Assembly (NCBI GenBank): GCA_020723935.1
Contig: DYHY01000007.1
Span: forward strand, 1-53,297
Origin: Candidatus Micrarchaeum sp.
Lineage (GTDB): Archaea > SpSt-1190 > DYHY01
Direction: 5' to 3'
DNA: 53,297 nt
Within the stretch, counting starts at the first letter, position 1. The number at the start of each line of letters is the position of its first letter. A model generated the notes under the pieces. The model was not told the DNA's origin. It was given only the letters and a program-made list of their open reading frames with translations, and made no database searches. The position numbers and the translations under genes are program-made. Positions 1 through 9,615 of this stretch are shown piece by piece.

Positions 1-1
1 C

Positions 2-772
2 TGCTTCCTCTGGATGCTCCCGTTCGGCAGGAGGAAGGTGATCACCTTCCATGGATACGAGAGGGACCCCGTCGACCCGCTGCACTTCTGGCTGCACAGG
101 ATCGCCGAGCGCGGGACGCGGGACAACTTCTGCGTCGGAAGCTACCTCGTCAAGCACTACAAGACACGCTGCCGCCGGGAGAATGTGTTCGTCGGCGCCG
201 TCGACTCGGGGAAGGTGAGGCGAAACGCCCTCCCCCTGGGGAAGAAGCACGCCAGCAGGATACTGTTCCTCACCCGCCTCGCCTGGGACACGCAGATACG
301 CGAGTACGCAGAGGCGATGCGCGGCCTCCCAGGCATGCGCCTGGACGTCTACGGCGACGGCCCCCTGAGGAAGGAGATAGAGGAGAGGGTGAGGAAGGAG
401 AAGCTCCTTGTGAGGGTCTTTGGCTCGTGGCCAGGGGACAGCAACGACCTCATGAGGAAATACAGGTTTGTCTTCGCATCCAGGTACCTCACGCTCCTGG
501 AGGCCCTCGCTAACGGCGACATCGTCTTCTCCGTCTACAACACACCCGTCATGAAGGACGTCCTGGAGTGCGTCGGGGCGCCGGCCAATTCTCTTGTGAT
601 ATGCAGGACGCCGGAGGAGATAGCGGCGCGCCTGAAGGGCCTTGCGGCGAGCAAGAGGTCCCTGGAGAAGGCTTCGCAGGACGCGAGGAAGTTCGCGCTC
701 CCGCTGACATGGGAGAGGATCGCAGGGACCTATCTTGTTACCTACCAGAGGGTCATTGGCGGGGACCTATAG
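2..772 (+). CDS. Glycosyltransferase family 4 (GT-B), 5'-truncated by window edge
   Basis: Frame open from base 2; ITFHG, 'LDVYGDGPLRKE', 'LTLLEALANG' and C-terminal 'TWERIA' are typical GT4 elements. Confidence 0.8.
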   Translation, partial: CFLWMLPFGRRKVITFHGYERDPVDPLHFWLHRIAERGTRDNFCVGSYLVKHYKTRCRRENVFVGAVDSGKVRRNALPLGKKHASRILFLTRLAWDTQIREYAEAMRGLPGMRLDVYGDGPLRKEIEERVRKEKLLVRVFGSWPGDSNDLMRKYRFVFASRYLTLLEALANGDIVFSVYNTPVMKDVLECVGAPANSLVICRTPEEIAARLKGLAASKRSLEKASQDARKFALPLTWERIAGTYLVTYQRVIGGDL

Positions 773-1697
773 AGACGGGCTTGCCCTTGCGCATCGACTT
801 CACGCAGGCCTCGATGACCTCCACTATCTCGGCTCCGACCTTCCCGTCCGCGGACGACACCGTCTTGTCCTGTATGCAGGAGAGGAAGTGGGAGAGCTCG
901 TCGCCTATCGTGTTGTTTGGCACAACCGGTACCGCGGCGGCCGCCTTGGACGCGACGTCGTATTCCTCTATCGCCTGGGAGAGGCAGTCGACGAAGACGG
1001 ACTTCTTTGACCCTATCAGGGCGAAGCGCCTTATCTTCCTGGGCGTGACCCAGGAGACGTTGAGGTTCACGAGCATCCGCCCCATCTTCGCGTGCACGTA
1101 GGCGGCCTCCTCGCCGACATCCTTCCTGCAGGTGTTCCCGATGCAGAAGACCCAGTCGGGGTTCCTGCCGAAGATGTTGTTTATGATGTCGAAGGGGTGC
1201 GGTGCGAGGTCGAAGAGGATGTCTCGCCCCTGGAACACGGGCTCCAGGTTCGTCCAGGTGAGCTCGGTTAGGTATATTTCCCCCAGCTCCCCGCGCCTCG
1301 CCATCTCGCGGGCACGCTTGATCGCGTTGTTGAACCTGAAGACGTGGCCGACCGCCAAGAGGAGCTTCCTCTCCTCGGCCAGGGCGACGAGCTTCCTCGC
1401 CTCCCTGCCAGAGAGCGTCATGGGCTTCTCGAGGAGGACGTGCTTCCCCTTCTTGAGCGCCTTCCTGCATATCTCGTAGTGTGTCTCGTTGGGCGTGCAG
1501 ATGCTCACCGCCGAGACCGACCTGTCAGAGAGGATCCTTGCGTAGTTCTCGGCCGTCTTGACGTGGAATTTCTCCTCGCAGGCCTTCCTGTTCGCCTCGA
1601 GGAGGTCGGAGATTACCACTTCGGTCCCCGGGATCGCGAGGTATTCGGCTACGTGCTTCTTGCCCCAGTATCCGGCGCCTATCACCCCGACCTTCAT
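753..1697 (-). CDS. Gfo/Idh/MocA family oxidoreductase (WbpB/WlbA-like nucleotide-sugar 3-dehydrogenase)
   Basis: GxGxWG Rossmann motif, 'HVLLEKP', 'GHVFRFN', 'DLAPH'; next to aminotransferase and acetyltransferase genes. Confidence 0.88.
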   Translation of the reverse strand: MKVGVIGAGYWGKKHVAEYLAIPGTEVVISDLLEANRKACEEKFHVKTAENYARILSDRSVSAVSICTPNETHYEICRKALKKGKHVLLEKPMTLSGREARKLVALAEERKLLLAVGHVFRFNNAIKRAREMARRGELGEIYLTELTWTNLEPVFQGRDILFDLAPHPFDIINNIFGRNPDWVFCIGNTCRKDVGEEAAYVHAKMGRMLVNLNVSWVTPRKIRRFALIGSKKSVFVDCLSQAIEEYDVASKAAAAVPVVPNNTIGDELSHFLSCIQDKTVSSADGKVGAEIVEVIEACVKSMRKGKPVSIGPRQ

Positions 1698-1704
1698 GTC
1701 CAGA

Positions 1705-2883
1705 TCACTTCCTGAAGAACTCGAGGATCTTGTCCGAGATGCGCGAGACGTCCTTGGACGAGAGCTCGGCGTACATCGGCAGGCATATCACGTCCTTCGA
1801 GAGGCGCTCGGCCCTGGGGAAGCTGCCCTCGGGGTATCTCCCAGGGAAGAGGTCCTTGTAGAGCGGCTGGAGGTGTATCGGTATCGGATAGTTGGTCCCG
1901 CAGAATATGCCGCCTTCGGCGAGGAACCCCTTGAGCTTGTCCCTCTCCGCAGTCCTTGCCGCGTAGAGGTGGTAGTTCCCGAACGTGTTCTCCGAGGGCC
2001 GCTCCTGCATGGGGAGGGCGAGCTTGTCGGCCACCTTGCCCAGCTTCCTGCGGTAGATCGCCGCAAGCTTCCTCTTTGCCCTGTTCCATTTGTCCAGGTT
2101 CCTGAGCTGCACGAGGCCTATCGCCGCGTTCACCGTGTTGAGGCGCGAGGTGTAGCCGAGGGTGTCGTGCTCGTACTGGCTCTTCCTCCCGCAGTCCCGG
2201 AGCTTCTCGACTGCCTTTGCGAGCTTGTCGTCGCTCGTCGTGACGGCCCCGCCGTCGCCCCCGACCGTGAGGTTCTTCGTCGAGTAAAACGAGAAGGCCG
2301 CCGCGAGGCCCAGGGACCCGCACTTCCGCCCCTTGTACACGGAGCCGTGGGCCTGGCATGCGTCCTCTATCACCAGGATCCCCGCCTTCGCGGCGGCATC
2401 CAGGATCGGGTCCATGTCCGCAGGCATCCCGTAGAGATGGACGGGGAGCACGGCCTTGGTGCTCGGCGTCAGCGCCGCGGGAATCCTGGACGGGTCCAGG
2501 CACAGGTCCGCCTCGGCGATGTCGGAGAATGTGGGCGTCGCGCCGGCGTGCAGCACCGAGTTGGACGTCGCTATGAAGGACGCAGGGGTTGTGAGGACCT
2601 CCTGCTCCTTGGACTTTATCCCGAGGGCCATCATCGTGAACTGGAGGGCGAACGTGCCCGAGCTCGTCGTCACGCAGTGGGTGACGCCGCAATACTTGGC
2701 GAACGCTTCCTCGAACTTGTAGACGCTATCGCCCATCACCATTTTCTCGTTCTGCAGCGCGGAGACGGTGGCCTTGGCCATTTCCTTGTCAAAGACGGGC
2801 CGCGACACGAATATCTTCTTCCCCGCAGCCGCCTCTGCCTTCCCCTTCTTGCCAGCCGTTTTCGTCTTGTTCTTTCCAGCCAT
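1705..2883 (-). CDS. DegT/DnrJ/EryC1/StrS PLP-dependent sugar aminotransferase (WbpE-like)
   Basis: 'SSGTFAL', 'PVHLYG', 'IEDACQAHG', 'FSFYSTKNL' (PLP Lys); ATG 2883 preferred over GTG 2895. Confidence 0.93.
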   Translation of the reverse strand: MAGKNKTKTAGKKGKAEAAAGKKIFVSRPVFDKEMAKATVSALQNEKMVMGDSVYKFEEAFAKYCGVTHCVTTSSGTFALQFTMMALGIKSKEQEVLTTPASFIATSNSVLHAGATPTFSDIAEADLCLDPSRIPAALTPSTKAVLPVHLYGMPADMDPILDAAAKAGILVIEDACQAHGSVYKGRKCGSLGLAAAFSFYSTKNLTVGGDGGAVTTSDDKLAKAVEKLRDCGRKSQYEHDTLGYTSRLNTVNAAIGLVQLRNLDKWNRAKRKLAAIYRRKLGKVADKLALPMQERPSENTFGNYHLYAARTAERDKLKGFLAEGGIFCGTNYPIPIHLQPLYKDLFPGRYPEGSFPRAERLSKDVICLPMYAELSSKDVSRISDKILEFFRK

Positions 2884-2895
2884 TGTTAGCCTCAC

Positions 2896-3378
2896 CTAGA
2901 ACTCCGCTTCGCCAGCGACCTTCGCCGGGCATCCGACCACGATCTTCCCTGCGGGGACGTCCTTTGTCACGACCGCTCCCGCGCCCACGACCGCCCGCTT
3001 CCCGATCCTCACGCCGCACACGATCGTCGCGTTCGCCCCTATCGCGGCCCCGTCCTCGACGACCGTCTCCGTCACTTTCCAGTCCGCGCCCGACTTTATG
3101 TTCCCGTCGGGGTTCGCGGCGCGCGGCTTCTTGTCGTTCGTGAAGACCACGTGCGGGCCGATGAACACACCGTCGCCTATCGTGACGCCCGTGGGGATGA
3201 ATGCGAAGGGCTCTATCTTGCAGTTCTTCCCTATCCTCACGGTCTTCTGGATCTCGACGAAGCAGCCGACCTTCGTGTTGTCGCCTATCTCGCATCCGAA
3301 GATGTTGACGAAATCCCTGATGGTGACGTTCTTCCCGAGCCTGCAGTTCTCTATTACCTTCGTGGTTCCCTCGGCCAT
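2896..3378 (-). CDS. Hexapeptide-repeat N-acetyltransferase (WbpD-like)
   Basis: Left-handed beta-helix repeats, 'FIGPHVVFTND', 'GAGAVVTKDVP', 'GCPAK'. Confidence 0.9.
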   Translation of the reverse strand: MAEGTTKVIENCRLGKNVTIRDFVNIFGCEIGDNTKVGCFVEIQKTVRIGKNCKIEPFAFIPTGVTIGDGVFIGPHVVFTNDKKPRAANPDGNIKSGADWKVTETVVEDGAAIGANATIVCGVRIGKRAVVGAGAVVTKDVPAGKIVVGCPAKVAGEAEF

Positions 3379-3404
3379 ATCGGGGGGAGTGCGGCCGGCC
3401 GGGG

Positions 3405-3411
3405 TTTTAAA
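3405..3411 (-). promoter_or_regulatory. Putative TATA box for the acetyltransferase-aminotransferase-dehydrogenase operon
   Basis: Isolated TTTAAAA in GC-rich context, 26 nt upstream of ATG 3378. Confidence 0.5.
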
Positions 3412-3444
3412 GAATGCCGGGCCCGCCGTGGCGGCCCGCCGGAC

Positions 3445-4218
3445 CTACCAGACCTTCCAGCCCGCCCGCCCCTCGTTCCACTCCTTGTTCAGGAGCTCGT
3501 TGTCGCGCAGGGTGTCCATGCATTTCCAGTATCCCTTGTGGAGGAAGGCCATAAGCTGCCCGTCCTTGGCAAGGTTCCGCAAGGGCTCCAGCTCGAAATG
3601 CGTGAGATCCCCCTCTATGTAGTCCAAGACCTTGGGCTCGAGGGCGAAGAACCCGCCGTTTATGGCCCCGGTCCCGACCTGCGGCTTCTCCGTGAAGGCC
3701 TCCACCTTCGTCCCGTCCATCACTATCTCGCCGAACCTGGAGGGCGGCCTCACCGCCGTGACGGTCGCCAGCTTCCCGTGGGCCCTGTGGAACTTCAGGA
3801 GCTCGGCGATGTTGACGTTGGAGACCCCGTCCCCGTAGGTCGCAAGGAACGTCTCGTTCCCGAGGTACTTCCTCAGGCGCTTGATCCTCCCGCCCGTCTG
3901 GCTGTCGGCGCCGGTGTCCACGAGCGTTATGTCCCAGTCCTCCTTCGTGAAGCCGTCGTGCACGTCGACCCTGTTCCCTGAGAGGTGGATGGTTATGTCG
4001 TTGTTCAGGTTGTAGTAGTTGAGGAAGTACTGCTTCACCATCTCGCCCTTGTACCCGAGGGCGACGACGAAATCCTTGAAGCCGTAGTGCGAGTACGCCT
4101 TCATTATGTGCCAGAGGATCGGGCGCCCCCCGATCTCCACCATCGGCTTGGGCTTGATGATCGTCTCCTCCTTGAGGCGGGTCCCCAGGCCTCCGGCAAG
4201 GATCGCGACCTTCGTCAT
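3445..4218 (-). CDS. rfbF: Glucose-1-phosphate cytidylyltransferase
   Basis: 'LAGGLGTRLKEET..KPKPMVEIG', 'VDTG...QTGGR', 'TYGDG', 'H.GYWKCMDTLRD'. Confidence 0.93.
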   Translation of the reverse strand: MTKVAILAGGLGTRLKEETIIKPKPMVEIGGRPILWHIMKAYSHYGFKDFVVALGYKGEMVKQYFLNYYNLNNDITIHLSGNRVDVHDGFTKEDWDITLVDTGADSQTGGRIKRLRKYLGNETFLATYGDGVSNVNIAELLKFHRAHGKLATVTAVRPPSRFGEIVMDGTKVEAFTEKPQVGTGAINGGFFALEPKVLDYIEGDLTHFELEPLRNLAKDGQLMAFLHKGYWKCMDTLRDNELLNKEWNEGRAGWKVW

Positions 4219-4241
4219 AATGCCGCGTTACATCGGCGCGT

Positions 4242-5378
4242 TTATAAAATGTTCTTCTGGAGAAACGAGACGATTTCGCGCGCGGCCCGCCCCTCACCGA
4301 AGACGTTCGCAGCCGGCGCGGCCTTGCCGCCGAAATGCCCCGCCTTCTTGTTCCTGAGGGATTCGAGGGCGGAAAGTATCTTCCGGTCGTCGGTCGTGCG
4401 GATGGACGCGCCGGAAAGCTCGGACTCTTGGCGCTCGCTTCTCTCCCTGAACTGGATGCAGGGGACGGAGAGGTACGCGGCCTCCTCGGTCTCCCCTCCG
4501 GCGTCGGTTATTATGGCGCGGGCGCCCCCGAGGAGTGAGAAGAACCTCCTCTGCGGGAGGAACCCGAGGACCTGGACCTTTCTGGGCGGCTCCAGCGAGA
4601 ACCTCTTGAGCATCCGCGCTAGGTTCTCCGTCATGAGGAGCTTCGCCCTGAACGGGGAGCGCTCCAGGACGCGCAGGAACCTCTCGAGGCGCTTCCTTGA
4701 GTGTATGTTCTCGTGGCGGTGGAGCTTGGCGATTATGTAGTTCCGGAGCTTCCGCCGCCCCGCCTTTCCCGGGCGCCCCAGGGAGAGCACGTCGATGTTC
4801 GTGTTCCCCGTGACGACGATCCTGTCGCGGGGTTTCCCCTCCGCGAGGAGGTTTCCGGCGGCGTAGTATGTCGAGGCGAAGAACCAATCGGAGAGGGAGT
4901 CGGCCACCCGGCGCGAGATCTCCTCCGGGAAGGGCTCGGAAAGCGAGCCCGAGCGCAGGCCCGCCTCGACGTGGGCGAGGAGCGGGCGCGGGAAGATCGT
5001 CCTCACGGCCAGGGCTCCGGCCGCGGTGGTCATCGTGTCGCCGTGGACGAGGACGATCCTGGGCTTGATGGCAGAGAGCCTTTCGCGCAGCCACAGGAAG
5101 GCCGAGAAGGACCAGGCGGACGCGGAAAGCCTGGAGGAAAACCTGCCCCTCCCCTTTGCGGAGGCATCGAAGACGAAGTCGGGCGCGGGAATGCCGTGCT
5201 CCCTGAGCTCTGCTTCTATGTTGTGCTGGCCCGTGTACACGAAGGAGTACGCTATCCTGCGGCGCGCGAGCTCGTGCATGACTGGGGACATCTTGATGAG
5301 CTCGGCCTTGGTCCCCAGGACGATTGCGACGCGCGCGGGCCCGCGGCGGCGTCCTCCTCCTTCCTTCCTTGCGGCCAT
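4242..5378 (-). CDS. wecB: Non-hydrolysing UDP-N-acetylglucosamine 2-epimerase family protein
   Basis: 'GTKAELIK', 'TGQH', 'HGDT', 'HVEAGLRS', 'FPEE', 'LHRHEN'; start ATG 5378 or 5420. Confidence 0.88.
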   Translation of the reverse strand: MAARKEGGGRRRGPARVAIVLGTKAELIKMSPVMHELARRRIAYSFVYTGQHNIEAELREHGIPAPDFVFDASAKGRGRFSSRLSASAWSFSAFLWLRERLSAIKPRIVLVHGDTMTTAAGALAVRTIFPRPLLAHVEAGLRSGSLSEPFPEEISRRVADSLSDWFFASTYYAAGNLLAEGKPRDRIVVTGNTNIDVLSLGRPGKAGRRKLRNYIIAKLHRHENIHSRKRLERFLRVLERSPFRAKLLMTENLARMLKRFSLEPPRKVQVLGFLPQRRFFSLLGGARAIITDAGGETEEAAYLSVPCIQFRERSERQESELSGASIRTTDDRKILSALESLRNKKAGHFGGKAAPAANVFGEGRAAREIVSFLQKNIL

Positions 5379-5449
5379 CTCGCTGCGGGAATCTCGCCGC
5401 GGATAAATAATGATTGGCATTTATTAACTAGGAGGCGGGCCCATCTAAG

Positions 5450-6139
5450 ATGGCCGCCCTCAAGAGGCCCCTTGTCGCCGTGATACCCGCCCACAACGAG
5501 GAGGGGCGCGTCGGAAGGGTCGCACGCGGGGCGGCCGCGATCGCGGACTGGGTCGTGGCCGTGGACGACGGCTCGGCCGACAGGACGCTCCACAACATGC
5601 TGTCCACGGGCGGGCGCAACGTCGTCGCCCTGAGGCTCCCGACCAACTGCGGCAAGGGCGCCGCGATGAGGGCGGCATTCAGGTACGCCCGCTCGGCCCT
5701 CGGGGCCAAGACGGTGATTGCCCTGGACGCCGACGGCCAGCACGACCCGCGCGAGATGCGCGCCCTGATATCGGCTTTCGAGAGGGGAAACTACGACCTC
5801 CTCGTCGGGTGCAGGAGCGGGCGGGACGGGAGGATGCCCCTTGTCAAGCGGCTGGGGAACTGCACGTTCCGGGGGATGTCGCGCCTCCTCTTCGGCGTCA
5901 CCGTATCTGATCCCCTCTCGGGCTTCCGGATCTTCGGCGGGCGGGCGCTCGGAATCGAGTGGAAGTCCCCGGGATATTCCGTGGAGATGGAGGTCCTTGC
6001 CGAGGCCGCGAGGAGGGGCCTGAAGGTCGGCGAGTGCCCCGTATCCACAATCTACAACGACAAATATAAGGGGACGGACGTCCTGAGCGGCGCGAGGATC
6101 ATGCTAGACATGGCCAAGTGGAGGGTTTTCGGATGGTGA
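5450..6139 (+). CDS. Glycosyltransferase family 2 (Dol-P-Man synthase-like)
   Basis: 'IPAHNEE', 'VDDGSADRT', 'GKGAA', 'DADGQHDP', 'D.LSGFR'. Confidence 0.9.
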   Translation: MAALKRPLVAVIPAHNEEGRVGRVARGAAAIADWVVAVDDGSADRTLHNMLSTGGRNVVALRLPTNCGKGAAMRAAFRYARSALGAKTVIALDADGQHDPREMRALISAFERGNYDLLVGCRSGRDGRMPLVKRLGNCTFRGMSRLLFGVTVSDPLSGFRIFGGRALGIEWKSPGYSVEMEVLAEAARRGLKVGECPVSTIYNDKYKGTDVLSGARIMLDMAKWRVFGW

Positions 6140-6492
6140 CCTTTTTCGGGATACAGATTGTCGGGATCGGCTTCGGCCTCCTCATGGGATACCTCGCCTT
6201 CGTCTCGCTCAAGAAGGGCGAGCTTTCCAGGGTGGGCTTCGGCCTGTGGGGGCTCATCTGGGCCTCCTTCCTCTTCGCGGTCGTCTTCCCCGACGCCCTC
6301 TCCGGGATAGTCGGGAGGCTCAACATCATAAGACTCATGGACTTCCTGACTATAGGGTCGTTCATGCTCCTCTTCGGGATGAGCTTCTGGATGTACAAGG
6401 TGGTGGGGAAGCTGGAGAAGCGCGTGACGGAGATGGCGGTTGATCGGGCCGTCGCGGACGCCCCGAAGAAGGGGCCGGGCCGCCGGCGCTGA
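6133..6492 (+). CDS. DUF2304-like small membrane protein
   Basis: Three hydrophobic helices, 'FPD..S.I...LNI.R.MD' pattern, basic coiled tail; coupled to the upstream GT2, its usual partner. Confidence 0.75.
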   Translation: MVTFFGIQIVGIGFGLLMGYLAFVSLKKGELSRVGFGLWGLIWASFLFAVVFPDALSGIVGRLNIIRLMDFLTIGSFMLLFGMSFWMYKVVGKLEKRVTEMAVDRAVADAPKKGPGRRR

Positions 6493-6497
6493 AGATA

Positions 6498-8132
6498 TCA
6501 GGCGCCCTTGCCCAGGTACCTCAGGACGAGCGAGCCGCCCGTCGCCTCCGGGTTGATGAACTGCTTCTCCACAAAGAACCTCGTCGGATAGTCGGAAGGC
6601 AAGCTCAGGGCGTATTTGGGCTGCGCCCAGTCGTAGTTGTCGATCTCAAGGTACGTTGCCCTGGTGGAGTCCAGCTCGCGGAAGAGATCATCGGCGGTCG
6701 CCGGCATCGGGCGCACGTCCCGCGCGGAGAAGAGGCCCACTATCCTGTGCGCGCCCGCGAAGACGACGTCGCCCGCCTCCGTGTTCTGCCCTATCCACTG
6801 CGCGGAATACTCGATTTCAAGGTATCCCCCTTTCTTGGAGTTGAAGAGGGCCGTCCCGGCCGGGATCGAGAGGAGGCAGAAGACGCAGACTATCGCAAGC
6901 GGCCCCGCCATCCGCGCCCAGGAGGGGGCTTTCAGGGAATCGAGGGCCCGCCCGGCCGCCCAGTGCAGGAGCGCGACGAAGAGAATCGCGCAGACGGGGA
7001 GTATCGAGAGTAGGTATCTTGCGTCGTAGGGGACCCCCGGGAGGCGCGTGAGGGGGCCCACTATCAGGACTGTTGCGAGGGGCGCGATCTCCCTCCTCGA
7101 GGGGAGGGCGAAGAGGCCCAGAGCCACGAGGATAAGGAGGAGCCAGCCGCCGAAGAAGGGACCCAGGGTCTGGACAGCCGCGGGCCCGCCGAAGAAGTAC
7201 TGCAGGGACTGGAGCATGTTGGGGATGTTGGGGAGGACGGTCTTCTCGACAAGGGCCCTGTCGACGACGCTGTAGAAGCCCATCACCGAGCCGGCCGAGA
7301 GGAGGATCCATGCGGCGACGGGGAGGCAGAGGGCGGCGGCGCCAGCCGCGATGGATTTGATCGGGAAAGGCCCCTTGCGCGAATCCATGAGGACGCTTGC
7401 GATCGCCGCAAGGGCTGCGGCGCACAGGACGATCGCGTTGGGGACGCGCACGAAATAGGCGAGCGCGGCGGCCACGCCGAAAAGGGCGCCCTTCGCGACG
7501 CTCCCGGGGGAATCCATCCATGCGACGAGGGCGAGGAGGCCCAGGGCTATCGCCGCCGCGTCGTAGACGTCCAGGAGGATCCTTGCGGAGTAGAAGAGGA
7601 ATATCGAGTTCGCGGCGACGAGGGATGCCGCCATCAGGGCGAACGGGCCGGAGCCGCCGAGGAGGCGCTTTGCCAGGAAGAATGTGGCGAGGATCGCGGA
7701 GCATCCGGCGAGGAGCGTGCCGGTGTAGAACGGCGCCTTGGAAAAGCCGGTGAAGAGCGAGAGGGCCCCCGAGACGATGGGAAGTGCGGGGAAGACGCCG
7801 CCCTCCACCCCAAGGACGAGGCCCTTTCCCGCGAAGAAGTTGCGGCTCGCGCCCATGTAAAAAGCCTCGTCGGGCCAGAGGCCGTGCGGGGTGAAGGCCA
7901 TGGAGCCGGCGATCGCGAGGTATGCGGCGAGGAGGATGAGCAGCGCCTGCCCGGCGGGGAACTGGCAGTCCTTCACCTCAAGAGGGCGGTGACTGTGGCG
8001 GCTGATGTGGGCTGCGGGCTCCTCGCTCCTGGCTTGGCGGATCGGCGCGGCCGGCGCGCTCCTATCTACCTCGCCTTCGTCTTCTTGGCTTTCTTGCGCC
8101 GCACCGGTTTTGGCCTCGGAGGAGTCTGTCAT
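6498..8132 (-). CDS. GT-C (ArnT/GT39-like) multi-pass membrane glycosyltransferase
   Basis: 'WPDEAFY' loop after TM1, about 12 TM segments, 'RYLLSILP', soluble C-terminal domain. Confidence 0.78.
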   Translation of the reverse strand: MTDSSEAKTGAAQESQEDEGEVDRSAPAAPIRQARSEEPAAHISRHSHRPLEVKDCQFPAGQALLILLAAYLAIAGSMAFTPHGLWPDEAFYMGASRNFFAGKGLVLGVEGGVFPALPIVSGALSLFTGFSKAPFYTGTLLAGCSAILATFFLAKRLLGGSGPFALMAASLVAANSIFLFYSARILLDVYDAAAIALGLLALVAWMDSPGSVAKGALFGVAAALAYFVRVPNAIVLCAAALAAIASVLMDSRKGPFPIKSIAAGAAALCLPVAAWILLSAGSVMGFYSVVDRALVEKTVLPNIPNMLQSLQYFFGGPAAVQTLGPFFGGWLLLILVALGLFALPSRREIAPLATVLIVGPLTRLPGVPYDARYLLSILPVCAILFVALLHWAAGRALDSLKAPSWARMAGPLAIVCVFCLLSIPAGTALFNSKKGGYLEIEYSAQWIGQNTEAGDVVFAGAHRIVGLFSARDVRPMPATADDLFRELDSTRATYLEIDNYDWAQPKYALSLPSDYPTRFFVEKQFINPEATGGSLVLRYLGKGA

Positions 8133-8153
8133 CGGCGAAAACCTGCAAATCTC

Positions 8154-8160
8154 TTTTAAA
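8154..8160. promoter_or_regulatory. Putative shared bidirectional TATA box
   Basis: TTTTAAA midway between divergent starts 8132(-) and 8187(+). Confidence 0.5.
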
Positions 8161-8186
8161 GAGTTTTTGAGGCGGGCCGGGTGCAT

Positions 8187-9611
8187 ATGGACGAACTAGG
8201 CAAGGAGGGCCCGGCGGCGCGGCAGATCCTGGAGCTTGCGCTTCCCCAGAGGAGCGCCCTTCCGGTCCTCGTGGACCAGGAGCTGATACGCTCCGAGGCG
8301 CAGAAGTGCGGCCTCGTCCCCCTGATAGTCACCTCCACCAAGCCCGATTTCTACAAGCAGTGGCCGCTCATACCCGCCGCGGGGCGCGCGGGGATGCCCG
8401 CCCTCGTGATGAACACGGGCCAGCATTTCGACTCGCTCCTGGGCCATGGCCTGGACGAATTCGGGATAAGGAAGAGGCTTGCCATCGACCTGCAGATACG
8501 TGGGGACCTCTCGGAGAAGACGAGCGAAGTGGTCCTCAAGCTCAAGCTCGTCGCAGCCTACCTTTCTGGAGAGTTCCCGGACAAGGTGTTCCTCCCAATA
8601 GTCCACGGGGACACGCACGCGGCGGGGATCGTCCCCCTCGGCTGGATGTTTGCGACGAATCAGAAGGCCGCGCAAAACGAGGCGGGCCTGCGGGCGATGT
8701 CGCCCAGCTTCAGGAACGTGAAGGACCAAAGGAGGTTCATCTCCGACCAGCTTGACGCGCGCAAGTGGGCCATCAACCGGACGGAGCCCTTCCCCGAGCA
8801 GTATGACACGTTCATAGGCGGGGCGGCCTGCCACCACCATTTCGCGCCGACTGGCCTCAACAGGGAGAATCTCGAGCGGGAGGGCTACCTGGCGAGGAAC
8901 ATCCCGGTCGTCGGGAACTCCATCGTCGAGGCGCTCAGGGAGAAGATGAAACGCGGCCCCTCAGTGTCCGTCTTCTCGGACATGCCGGCCCTCGAGAAGG
9001 GCGAGTGGGTGCGCGTTGACGTCCACCGCAGGGAGAACATGCTCGGCGACAGGTTCAGGGCGATAGTCTCAGGCGTGAAGCGCCTCGTGGACGCCGGCGA
9101 GAACGTCGTCTTCATAGAGATGAATGCCAACAGGTTCGCGATAGAGCAGGAGGGCCTGGGTCCCGAGATCGAGAGGCTCAAAGAGAGGAAGAACTTCCTC
9201 TACACGCCGCTCTGGCGCGAGTACGGGCAGGTGGTGGAGTTCCTGACGAGCGGCAGATGTTCCGCTATACTCACGGACAGCGGGAGCATGCAGGAGGAGT
9301 TGAACGAGCTGCGCCGCGGCCCAGCATGCATAACGTGCAGGTTCAGCACGGACCGCCCCGAGAGCGTCTTTGAGGGGCGCTCCAACATCCTCGCCCCGCC
9401 GATCTCGGGGGAATACCTCGGCGGCTTCGTGCGCCTGGCGCTGGGGGGGCGGACCGCGGGGGGGCGGCGCAGGCTCTACGGCAAAGATCCCAGCGACAGG
9501 ATCATGCGCTTCCTGAAGAGGAGGAAGGGCGAGTTCCCGTTCGAATGGGCGCACGAGAGGGCCGGCGTGAAGTACGCAAAGCTCTCGCAGGGCCGGAGGT
9601 TCTTCCTCTAG
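8187..9611 (+). CDS. Second, divergent UDP-N-acetylglucosamine 2-epimerase family protein
   Basis: 'TGQH', 'HGDT', 'NEAGLR', 'EPFPEQ', 'HRREN', 'TDSGSMQEE'; has an N-terminal extension and an internal insertion. Confidence 0.85.
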   Translation: MDELGKEGPAARQILELALPQRSALPVLVDQELIRSEAQKCGLVPLIVTSTKPDFYKQWPLIPAAGRAGMPALVMNTGQHFDSLLGHGLDEFGIRKRLAIDLQIRGDLSEKTSEVVLKLKLVAAYLSGEFPDKVFLPIVHGDTHAAGIVPLGWMFATNQKAAQNEAGLRAMSPSFRNVKDQRRFISDQLDARKWAINRTEPFPEQYDTFIGGAACHHHFAPTGLNRENLEREGYLARNIPVVGNSIVEALREKMKRGPSVSVFSDMPALEKGEWVRVDVHRRENMLGDRFRAIVSGVKRLVDAGENVVFIEMNANRFAIEQEGLGPEIERLKERKNFLYTPLWREYGQVVEFLTSGRCSAILTDSGSMQEELNELRRGPACITCRFSTDRPESVFEGRSNILAPPISGEYLGGFVRLALGGRTAGGRRRLYGKDPSDRIMRFLKRRKGEFPFEWAHERAGVKYAKLSQGRRFFL

Positions 9612-9615
9612 CCCG

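Noticed and set aside
1558-2889. Long antisense or alternate-frame ORFs (also 13400-15112, 16905-18110, 32573-33568, 36537-37974, 39260-39967)
   Set aside because: Shadow ORFs expected at high GC; they overlap well-supported genes and lack motifs
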